From Patescibacteria group bacterium (GTDB lineage: Bacteria > Patescibacteriota > Patescibacteriia > Patescibacteriales > UBA12465): a stretch of 62,785 nucleotides of DNA. Where the stretch lies: contig JAVEZP010000005.1 in assembly GCA_034002925.1 (NCBI GenBank), positions 1-62,785 on the forward strand, in the 5' to 3' direction. The position numbers and the translations under genes were made by a program. The notes below the pieces were generated by a model. The model was not told where the DNA came from, searched no databases, and saw only the letters and a program-made list of their open reading frames with translations. Numbering within the stretch: position 1 is the first letter of the stretch; every line of letters starts with the position of its first letter. Shown here one piece after another: positions 1 to 8,340 of this stretch.

Positions 1-26
1 ATGAAGGGAATAATAGATGGGAAAAC

Positions 27-52
27 AAAAAAAGGCTAAAAAGCCTTATTTT
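27..52 (-). terminator. probable intrinsic terminator (AAGGCT/AGCCTT hairpin)
   Basis: Short hairpin with a T-run on the minus strand, downstream of the minus-strand genes. Confidence 0.45.
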
Positions 53-64
53 ATGTATATTAAT

Positions 65-92
65 ACTTCGCATAATGTATATTAATACACCC
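65..92. other. dif/Xer-like site (intact left arm and central hexamer, degenerate right arm)
   Basis: ACTTCGCATAA-TGTATA-TTAATACACCC compared with E. coli dif GGTGCGCATAA-TGTATA-TTATGTTAAAT. Confidence 0.35.
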
Positions 93-134
93 TTTAATTT
101 ATTTCATTACTAACTATTAGCATTCAATTAGCAA

Positions 135-275
135 CTAATATATTACCAATCCCAATAAATTTATTTCCGGATAAAACATAAGCAGTATTTTTATAATTAA
201 TAAAAATACGCCCACACTAATTAAAGAAAATAAAAATACCGCTAAAGAAAACAAAATTTTAAAAGTTTTTTCCAT
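135..275 (-). CDS. small hydrophobic membrane protein, 46 aa (not in ORF track)
   Basis: Manual translation MEKTFKILFSLAVFLFSLISVGVFLLIIKILLMFYPEINLLGLVIY; ATG lies 10 nt after the ftsQ-like stop. Confidence 0.55.
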   Translation of the reverse strand: MEKTFKILFSLAVFLFSLISVGVFLLIIKILLMFYPEINLLGLVIY

Positions 276-285
276 ATATAAATAA

Positions 286-1173
286 TTATTTAAAATAAAT
301 TAAATCGCCAAAGCGCAAATCAATATACTCAAGCTGTAAAAACTCATCATCGCTTTGTTCTTGGCGAATAATAATAAGTTTATTAACTTGCTTTAATAAA
401 TCTTCTTTCGTGTTAAAAATAATATTAGGACCATTAGCTAAGTCCATAATCAAACTATTACGCTCATTACTTAAAATAAATCTAGCAGGAGCTAAGTCTT
501 GATGACTAAGAAGAGTTTCAAAAAGTTCAATTAAGGCATTAAAATATTGTTGATCCAAATCTAGGCAGTTATTCGGGTTAAGATATTCTATTTCTAACTC
601 ACTTTCTAAAATTGGATATTTAGAAAAGGCTTCATCATTTATAATAGCTTCATTGATTAAGCAACCTTGATTATCGCTAAAAATATTAATATTTTGTTGA
701 CGCCAAATAAAAGCTAAATTTCTTTCTCTTATTTCCAATTTAATTGTTTTGGGAAACCTCTTAAACACCCGCACCTCTTCAAAACGAAATTCTTGATTAA
801 GGACTTGGCGCAAATCTTCCACATTAAAAAAGATCAAATTATTTTCTGGAAAAATTAAAAAATGCTTTTTATTAGTTTGAGTTTTAACTAAGTCTCTAAT
901 CAATTCTACTTTAGTCCTTTCTAAGCCTTCTATATCAATATTTTTAATTTTAAAAAAAGATGAAAAAGCTACAAAATATATTAATAATCCCAAAATAACA
1001 CCACTTAAAATTAAAAATAAATATATTTTTAAGCGACTATTATTTTTGCGCATTTTTTTCTTCTGTCGTGCACGAAAAAAGGGATTATTTAAGACTTTGT
1101 GTTGATAATCCTTGCGAATTTTCTTCCGATGCTTCCCTGTTGTATGATATTTTGTTCTCTCTCTAATCATCAT
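286..1173 (-). CDS. ftsQ: FtsQ/DivIB-type POTRA domain cell division protein
   Basis: Basic N-terminus, one TM helix, FKIKNIDIEG POTRA start, KRFPKTIKLEIRER, C-terminal YIDLRFGDLIYFK. Confidence 0.8.
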   Translation of the reverse strand: MMIRERTKYHTTGKHRKKIRKDYQHKVLNNPFFRARQKKKMRKNNSRLKIYLFLILSGVILGLLIYFVAFSSFFKIKNIDIEGLERTKVELIRDLVKTQTNKKHFLIFPENNLIFFNVEDLRQVLNQEFRFEEVRVFKRFPKTIKLEIRERNLAFIWRQQNINIFSDNQGCLINEAIINDEAFSKYPILESELEIEYLNPNNCLDLDQQYFNALIELFETLLSHQDLAPARFILSNERNSLIMDLANGPNIIFNTKEDLLKQVNKLIIIRQEQSDDEFLQLEYIDLRFGDLIYFK

Positions 1174-1181
1174 AAATTATA

Positions 1182-2327
1182 TTATTTGTCAATAATAGTT
1201 CTTCTAATATTAGCCTGTAGTTTGACTAATACCTCATAAGGTATTGTTCCTTCTAAGGCCGCTAATGAGGCAATGGAATTACATTGCAACTGATTAGGTG
1301 AAATTAATTCTACTTCCCTGCCTACATAATTTTCTGTGCTATTTCCTAAAGACAAGCAAGTCATATTCATACAAACATTACCAGCGATTTTATAATATTT
1401 ATCAGCTATTTTAAATTGTGCTTGATTAGAAAGACGACGATCAAGACCTTCGTAATAACCAAAAGGAATAACTGCTATGTTCATTGGTTTTTTAGCTTTA
1501 AAAGTATAATTATAAGACACTCCTTCATCTGTATTTAAAGACTGCTGAGAAATAACCTTGCTATACAAAGCAAGAGCCGCTTGTAATTTGGATGCCACTT
1601 TAAAACGAGGATGAGATTTAGGTAAGGGATTATAACCATAACAAGCTAAGCCAGGACGAAAAGCATTTAAACGTGGGTGCTTCACACTAAAAGCACCCGC
1701 GCTATTTGCTAAGTGAACATATTCAAATTTTAAGCCCTGACTTTCAAAAAAATCTAAGGCTGATAAAAATTGCTTTAATTGCATTTCATTAGACTTACCA
1801 TCGCCTTCCCCGTCTGCTAAATGAGAGCACAGACCATTAACTTTTAACTTATTTAAATATTGACTATTATTTAAATAAAATTTTTTAACATCTTTAATTC
1901 CCTCTCGATTCATGCCGGAATTAATAAAAAGATGTATTTTTACACCTGGATAAAATTTAGCTAAAAAAACTAAAGTCTGAGTATTGTATACACAAACTTC
2001 AGTTCTTTTCCAATTTAAATAGGCATAAGCTTTTAAAGGTAATTCTCCAATTAAAAGAACTTTAGCGCGAGAATAACGATAAGCAATTTGAGCCTCCGGA
2101 AAAGAATCCACCGCTAACATTTTTATATCAGCTGTATTTAAAATCCTAGCTATTTCTGCTAAACCATGGCCATAAGCATTAGCTTTTAAAACGGGGATGA
2201 TTTCGTTATTAGCCTGTTCTTGTCTGAGTAACTCTAAATTAGCTAAAATAGCTCGACGATTGATTTCAATCCGATTTAAAGTATCATACTCTGGCTTCAA
2301 TAATTGTTTCAAGCGTTGTATAAACAT
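1182..2327 (-). CDS. alr: alanine racemase
   Basis: VLKANAYGHG PLP lysine motif, SGMNREG, HLANSAG, RPGLACYG, GYYEG, IPYEVL. Confidence 0.95.
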   Translation of the reverse strand: MFIQRLKQLLKPEYDTLNRIEINRRAILANLELLRQEQANNEIIPVLKANAYGHGLAEIARILNTADIKMLAVDSFPEAQIAYRYSRAKVLLIGELPLKAYAYLNWKRTEVCVYNTQTLVFLAKFYPGVKIHLFINSGMNREGIKDVKKFYLNNSQYLNKLKVNGLCSHLADGEGDGKSNEMQLKQFLSALDFFESQGLKFEYVHLANSAGAFSVKHPRLNAFRPGLACYGYNPLPKSHPRFKVASKLQAALALYSKVISQQSLNTDEGVSYNYTFKAKKPMNIAVIPFGYYEGLDRRLSNQAQFKIADKYYKIAGNVCMNMTCLSLGNSTENYVGREVELISPNQLQCNSIASLAALEGTIPYEVLVKLQANIRRTIIDK

Positions 2328-2328
2328 T

Positions 2329-3396
2329 TTATTCAGGTAATACTTGACCTTGATTACGATTTAAACGATCAGCTGGCAAAGAAGAATCAAGATCTTCTAA
2401 ACTACGACTTAATTCCACCCCTGTCCACGAATCATCAGCGTAATAATTAATATTTGTTAAAATCATAGCATTTTTCCCTATTTGTTCGGTAGTAGGTGTT
2501 AATTGTAAGGCTAGATTAGCAATATAATTACCATTACTACTATCTAAACTGTCTATTTTCCAAATTAAACGCCTATTTGATTTATCATAGACAAGCTCAC
2601 CAGCCAATAAACTATAATCTTCACTTAATTCCACTTCTGGAGCTAATTGAGCACTAAAAATAAAATTATTCAGCACATTGCCATTATTATCAGCCTTAAC
2701 AATCAGCCAATATTTAGTCGGTATAGCCACAACTGGCGGGACGGGGCCAATACCTAATTGATCACCTTGTAAACTATGATAAAATAGATTGGCAGACACA
2801 TTTAAATCACTAATAATTTTAATAATATCTAAAGGAATAATTTGTTCATACTTATTATTCATTGACTCAGCTTTTGCCGTCATTACTAAAGCTAGACTAC
2901 GAGGCGGATTAGACTGGAGGACGCGCCAATTCAGATTTAACATTAATACACCTTGATCTCTAGGCGCAATATTGCTTAGTTTTAATTTATTATTTTTTAT
3001 TTCAGCTTCTCCTTGTTCCAAGGTCAAAGAATCAAGCGCAAAGGCGGCACTATTAAAAGCAAAATCTAATTCTAATGTCTTTAGTTCAAAATCACTTTCA
3101 TTATGATAAGTAATTTTCCAAACAAGCTTCTCTTCTAATTTAACAACATCTTCTACAGCTTCTGTTGTTAAAGATAGCTTTATTACTTCCTTGTCTTTCG
3201 TGGAGGTGGCGTTATTAAAAATAGGATTAGAGATAATATTAATAAATTCGGGATGATACGTGCTTAATCTAATGCTAATAGCCGCTAAAATAATAAGAAT
3301 AACAAACAAGCTAATATCTACTACTAAATGCCATTTCTGACGACGATAAAAACGTTCGCGACGTTTGTGCCAAAAGTTTAAGAAATGTTTATGCAT
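2329..3396 (-). CDS. membrane-anchored beta-rich (DUF11/Ig-like) protein
   Basis: N-terminal TM helix; GIGPVPPVV..TKYW motif shared with 39183-41186. Confidence 0.6.
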   Translation of the reverse strand: MHKHFLNFWHKRRERFYRRQKWHLVVDISLFVILIILAAISIRLSTYHPEFINIISNPIFNNATSTKDKEVIKLSLTTEAVEDVVKLEEKLVWKITYHNESDFELKTLELDFAFNSAAFALDSLTLEQGEAEIKNNKLKLSNIAPRDQGVLMLNLNWRVLQSNPPRSLALVMTAKAESMNNKYEQIIPLDIIKIISDLNVSANLFYHSLQGDQLGIGPVPPVVAIPTKYWLIVKADNNGNVLNNFIFSAQLAPEVELSEDYSLLAGELVYDKSNRRLIWKIDSLDSSNGNYIANLALQLTPTTEQIGKNAMILTNINYYADDSWTGVELSRSLEDLDSSLPADRLNRNQGQVLPE

Positions 3397-3426
3397 ATAT
3401 GTAAAATATAAATTTACAAAAAGAAA

Positions 3427-5430
3427 TTAAAATTCAGAGATACCGACAGCAATTTCTGCTTGACCAAAGCTATTAGAATAAGAAATAGAAATAATATTTT
3501 GAAAACTCTTATCAAAAGGACTAAAGCTATCACGTAATTCACCTTTTAAATTAAAACTTTTAACTTGAGAAAAATCTTTAGCAGGATTGGTAATAATTTC
3601 TGCCAGACCATCACCATCAAGATCGCCGGCCGCCACTTGCACTCCTGTTCTTAAATCTTTATCATAAGCAAAAAAATGATTTATAAACTCTCCACGATGA
3701 TTAAAATATCTTACATGAGGACCACCCCCAGCCCCAGCGCCAGTAATAATTTCTGCTCTACTATCACCATTAATATCAGCCGCCGCTACATTCACTCCAC
3801 CGCGGAACATTGGATCATAAGCAAAAAAATTAAGTAAAGAACGTCCAGAAAAATCAAAAACCCTGACCTGAGGACCCCCACCACGACCAGCGCCAACAAT
3901 AATTTCAGCTTGACCATCACCATTAATATCCGCTACCGCCAAAGAAGCTGAACCTTTAAAACCAGCAGCAAAAGGCCTAAGTGACCAAACTATTTCACCG
4001 TCTCGTTGATAATTCAAAACACCTTTATGAAAATAGATATAATCAATCTTATCACTTAAAAACTTACCCATAACCACCACACTACCCGCTGGCAAAGAGG
4101 TGATATATGAAAAATAGCCATTACGCAACTGCTCTCCCTGCTCATTGAAAATTCTTAAAAATGAACCATTTATAAAGCTGCCTCCCTGCCAAGCATTCAT
4201 TTTTTTAAGTAATACAATCCCATCTTGAGGCTCTAAACGTAAATAATTTATTTTCAAGCCATTATTAACATCAGGATCTTGTTGTCCTTTAATTTTTTCA
4301 AACTCCTCTTTACTAAAAAAGAAATTTTGTTGCTGATCAGTAGAATTAAGAATAACTAAACCATGCTCAAAATCTCGACGCCATAAACCTGGTTCTAAAT
4401 CTTTACTACCATTTTTTAAAATATTATAAGCTGGTGATTGAGCTAAACCTAAATTTACATCATATTCATCATACCACCATAATTGACCATGATTTGTAAC
4501 ATCATAGTCAAAGCTATAATATCCATCTCCTAACAAAGCACTGGCTAAACCGAAGCGAAAACGACGATAATTTTCTTGATTCTTTTCGTAGATATTGATA
4601 ATAGGTAAAACTGGGCTTTGATTAAATTGCGGTAATTTAAAATAAGAAGTCATAGAACCTGACCAAGAACCACCCGCTTCCCAAGAAGAAGGAAAATTTT
4701 CTAACATCATGCCATTAAGCAAGTGTTGATAAGGCCAATGAATACGACCATTACCAACTACCAAAAAATCATCTCCGCATAATTCTTTAGTCAACTTTAA
4801 CATCTTGCTATAGCCCTCTTCCCATAGAATGTTGGCTGCCACAGGATCATCTTTTTTTAAATCTTGATCAACATCTAAATCACCAGCATTCACCCAGGCA
4901 ACGTCGCCCCAAGCATTATCATAAAAAACTCCATCCCAGAGACCACTAGCTAGAATTTTATCTCTGACAAAGCGAGGTAAAAATTCGTTAAAGAGCAAGC
5001 CATCTTGATTAGGTCCGGCTAAATTACTGAGATTAAGCATTGAAGTAAAAGGCCAATTAACAACCGCTTTACCTTGGCTATCCTTTAAATACCACTGGGG
5101 ACTTAATTGGCTAGACAAGTCTTGACGCAACCAGGCATTATTGTAGTATTGAGGCTCATCAATAATTTCCTGAGAAGTAATATAGGCTAATATTTTGACA
5201 TCTGGATTAATCTCCCTTATCTTTCTTATCATATCAGGATTATTTTCCTGATTTTCCATATCTAAAATTACTAAATCCCAGCGTGCTAACTCCTTGGCTT
5301 CATTTTCATTTAGTTCCCAGCGTAAATAATAATTAGCTAAGCGGGGATAGCTATTCTCCGCCCTAACTGCAGGAACTAAAATAAATAACAGAAGAAAAAA
5401 TATAATGGATGGAAAGAGTAATTTTTTCAT
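3427..5430 (-). CDS. secreted putative glycoside hydrolase (GHL15-like) with C-terminal FG-GAP repeats
   Basis: Signal peptide, WDGVFYDN, WYDEYD, LWRRDFEHGLVILN, three DxNGDG/DLDGDG..EII repeats. Confidence 0.7.
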   Translation of the reverse strand: MKKLLFPSIIFFLLLFILVPAVRAENSYPRLANYYLRWELNENEAKELARWDLVILDMENQENNPDMIRKIREINPDVKILAYITSQEIIDEPQYYNNAWLRQDLSSQLSPQWYLKDSQGKAVVNWPFTSMLNLSNLAGPNQDGLLFNEFLPRFVRDKILASGLWDGVFYDNAWGDVAWVNAGDLDVDQDLKKDDPVAANILWEEGYSKMLKLTKELCGDDFLVVGNGRIHWPYQHLLNGMMLENFPSSWEAGGSWSGSMTSYFKLPQFNQSPVLPIINIYEKNQENYRRFRFGLASALLGDGYYSFDYDVTNHGQLWWYDEYDVNLGLAQSPAYNILKNGSKDLEPGLWRRDFEHGLVILNSTDQQQNFFFSKEEFEKIKGQQDPDVNNGLKINYLRLEPQDGIVLLKKMNAWQGGSFINGSFLRIFNEQGEQLRNGYFSYITSLPAGSVVVMGKFLSDKIDYIYFHKGVLNYQRDGEIVWSLRPFAAGFKGSASLAVADINGDGQAEIIVGAGRGGGPQVRVFDFSGRSLLNFFAYDPMFRGGVNVAAADINGDSRAEIITGAGAGGGPHVRYFNHRGEFINHFFAYDKDLRTGVQVAAGDLDGDGLAEIITNPAKDFSQVKSFNLKGELRDSFSPFDKSFQNIISISYSNSFGQAEIAVGISEF

Positions 5431-5435
5431 GGCTA

Positions 5436-6698
5436 CTAAATCTTATTATCATCAGGATAAATGAACTCTGGTTGTCCTGGCAAATAAGAGCGTAACACTT
5501 CAGGGATCTTCACTGAAGAATCTGCTTGTTGATTTTGTTCTAAAATAGCTGGTAATAATCGACTAGTAGCTAAACCAGAACCATTTAAAGTATGAACAAA
5601 AACATTATTACCACTTGCATCTTTAAATCTTGTTTGCCCTCTACGTGCTTGATAATCTAAAGCATTGGAAACACTACTAACCTCTTTATATATTCCCATA
5701 CTAGGTAACCATACTTCTAAATCGTAAGTCTTAGCCATAGCAGCACTGCAATCTCCAGCGGCTAATTTACTAACCTGATAATGCAAACCTAAACCACTTA
5801 ATAATTCTTTAGCATGTTCCAGTAGTTCATCAAATAATTGCCAAGAATCTTCGGGGCGACAAAAAATAAACATCTCCACTTTATTAAACTGATGACCACG
5901 AATCATTCCTCTTTCTTCCTGACGATAACTACCTGCCTCTCTACGGAAACAGGGAGAATAGGCATAATATTTTAAAGGTAGATTTTTTAAAGGTAAAATC
6001 TCGTTACGATGATAATTACCCAACATCATTTCACTAGTCGCATTTAAACACAGTTTATCTTGGGTCCAAAACAAATCATCACGAAATTTAGGCAAATGTC
6101 CAGAAGTATAGGCTGACTCTTCTGATAATAAAAAAGGTGGAATTAAAAATTGATAACCTTGAGCTTGGTGATAATTAATAAAATAAGAAATTAAGGCCCA
6201 TTCTAACAGAGCCCCCCAAGAACGATAGCACCAAAAACCAGAGCCAGACATTTTGGCCGCCCTTTCATAATCAATTAAACCTAAACTTTCAGCTAAATTT
6301 ACATGATCTTTAAATTCAAAATTAAATTTAGGCTGATTGCCAAAAGTGAATATCACTTCATTATTTTCTTTACCACCAGCTACAACATCATCTGCCGGAA
6401 AATTAGGTAAAGCGGATAATTTTTCTTGAATTTTATCACTTAAATTTTTAAGCTCTGAGTCAATTTGTTTAATCTCTTCACCAATTTGCTTCATAACGGC
6501 AATAGTTTCAGCATCAGGTTTTGCTTTAGAAGCTTGATTACGCTGAGATTTTAAAGCTTCGCTTTTAGTAATTAACTCTTTACGATTATCATCTAAAGCA
6601 ATTAACTCCTCTAAATTAAAGCTATCAGCGGGCAGTCGTTTTAATAAAGCGGCTTGACTAGCTGCTAAATTTTCTCTAATAAATTTTAAATCTAACAT
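5436..6698 (-). CDS. serS: seryl-tRNA synthetase
   Basis: MLDLKFIREN start, ATSE, CFRREAG, RGHQFNKVE, HTLNGSGLA. Confidence 0.97.
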   Translation of the reverse strand: MLDLKFIRENLAASQAALLKRLPADSFNLEELIALDDNRKELITKSEALKSQRNQASKAKPDAETIAVMKQIGEEIKQIDSELKNLSDKIQEKLSALPNFPADDVVAGGKENNEVIFTFGNQPKFNFEFKDHVNLAESLGLIDYERAAKMSGSGFWCYRSWGALLEWALISYFINYHQAQGYQFLIPPFLLSEESAYTSGHLPKFRDDLFWTQDKLCLNATSEMMLGNYHRNEILPLKNLPLKYYAYSPCFRREAGSYRQEERGMIRGHQFNKVEMFIFCRPEDSWQLFDELLEHAKELLSGLGLHYQVSKLAAGDCSAAMAKTYDLEVWLPSMGIYKEVSSVSNALDYQARRGQTRFKDASGNNVFVHTLNGSGLATSRLLPAILEQNQQADSSVKIPEVLRSYLPGQPEFIYPDDNKI

Positions 6699-6704
6699 AA
6701 ATTT

Positions 6705-8333
6705 TTATAAAGCTTCTCCTCCAAAATTAGCTAATAAATTTCCTAAAACACCATTAGAATCTGCAGACTTATTATCCTTTTTAGATTCTAAATCATCAGT
6801 GGAACTAGTGTCAATCTGCGACGTATAATTTAGATCTGATTCCACAGGCACATTTTCTGCTAACTCCAACTTTTCATCTAATAAAGCCTCAATTTGTACA
6901 GGACTAGCGAATAACTCAGAGAGAGTATTTTCGGTAATCGCCTTAATGCTTGGACTATTGACACGATCTCGATGAAACTTATATTTAAAACTTAAAGCAA
7001 GTAAGCCCTTGTCTAAATTACCAGGTACACAATTTTGGAGAATAAAAGACAAGGAGTGATTATGCTTTTTGATTTTTAACAACAATTCAGGCCATTTATC
7101 CATCACTGCCTCTGCGCTTAAATTTATCACTGGGCCTTTGTTAATTGTTGGTTTATCAATTATCTCTACGGACTTGCTTTCTGGTTGTACAGACGGACCA
7201 GTGGAAAGTTTAGCGCTCACATTTTTTATAGGGCTTGATTGTAAATCAAGGCACAATTCAGCTATCACAATTTCTAAGGATAATTGATCAAGCTGACCAG
7301 CTTGATTATGCATTAATGCTAAAAACTTTTTTAAATAATTTACAATTATATTTAAAGGTAAATCTTTAGCAATTCTATTTAACTCTAATTCAATTGATTC
7401 CCCTAAATCTAAACCTAATTTTTCGGCTAAACCAGGTTGTAGAGACTGCAACATTAATTTTCGCAAAAAGAGCAACAGTTCATCTAAAAAATTCTTAAAA
7501 TTAGCACCGTTATCCGCTAATTGATTAACTGCCAAAAGTGCCGCTCCCGCATCCTGACGACTTAAAGCTGCAATTAAACTAAGAGCTTCTTGGTGATAAT
7601 GGGGCGATAATACTAAAGCAGCTTTATTTAAATCAATTTTTTTCTCACCTAAGGCTAAAATTTGCCCAAACAAACTTTCAGCATCACGCAAATGACCCCC
7701 AGATTGTTTCGCTATACTTTCTAAAACAGGCAGATCAACTTCAACCCCCTCAGACTGAGCAATAATTTTCAATTTTTTGATAATTTCAACTGGACTAATT
7801 CTTTTAAAATCAAAGCGCTGACAACGAGAAATAATAGTAGCTGGCACTTTATGAGCTTCAGTGGTACAGAGAATAAATAAGACATGACGAGGAGGTTCTT
7901 CCATAATCTTTAATAAGGCATTAAAGGCGGAAATAGATAACATGTGCACCTCATCGATAATAAATACTCTCATCTTTAAACTACTAGGCGTTAAACGCGC
8001 CGAAGCAATAATATTATCACGAACATTATCTACACCGGTATTAGAAGCGGCGTCAATTTCCATCACATCTAATGCCTTACCCTGTCTAACACTAATACAA
8101 GCCGCACATTCACCACAAGGCTCGGATTCTCCAGCTTGACGACGTTCACAATTAACAGCTTGAGCTAAAACACGAGCCATGCTGGTTTTACCCACTGCCC
8201 TAGGACCACAAAATAAATAAGCATGAGCTAAAGACTCAGTCGCTAATTCATTTTGCAAAGTAATTTTTAAATGATTTTGTCCTAAGATGTCATTAAATTT
8301 TTGAGGACGATAATCACGATAGATAACTGCCAT
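6705..8333 (-). CDS. dnaX: DNA polymerase III subunit gamma/tau
   Basis: YRDYRPQKF, GPRAVGKT, EPCGECAAC, EIDAAS, IIDEVHML, TIISRCQRF. Confidence 0.97.
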   Translation of the reverse strand: MAVIYRDYRPQKFNDILGQNHLKITLQNELATESLAHAYLFCGPRAVGKTSMARVLAQAVNCERRQAGESEPCGECAACISVRQGKALDVMEIDAASNTGVDNVRDNIIASARLTPSSLKMRVFIIDEVHMLSISAFNALLKIMEEPPRHVLFILCTTEAHKVPATIISRCQRFDFKRISPVEIIKKLKIIAQSEGVEVDLPVLESIAKQSGGHLRDAESLFGQILALGEKKIDLNKAALVLSPHYHQEALSLIAALSRQDAGAALLAVNQLADNGANFKNFLDELLLFLRKLMLQSLQPGLAEKLGLDLGESIELELNRIAKDLPLNIIVNYLKKFLALMHNQAGQLDQLSLEIVIAELCLDLQSSPIKNVSAKLSTGPSVQPESKSVEIIDKPTINKGPVINLSAEAVMDKWPELLLKIKKHNHSLSFILQNCVPGNLDKGLLALSFKYKFHRDRVNSPSIKAITENTLSELFASPVQIEALLDEKLELAENVPVESDLNYTSQIDTSSTDDLESKKDNKSADSNGVLGNLLANFGGEAL

Positions 8334-8340
8334 ATTTAAT

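Noticed and set aside
62..95. loxP site
   Set aside because: Only partial similarity and no second 13-bp inverted arm
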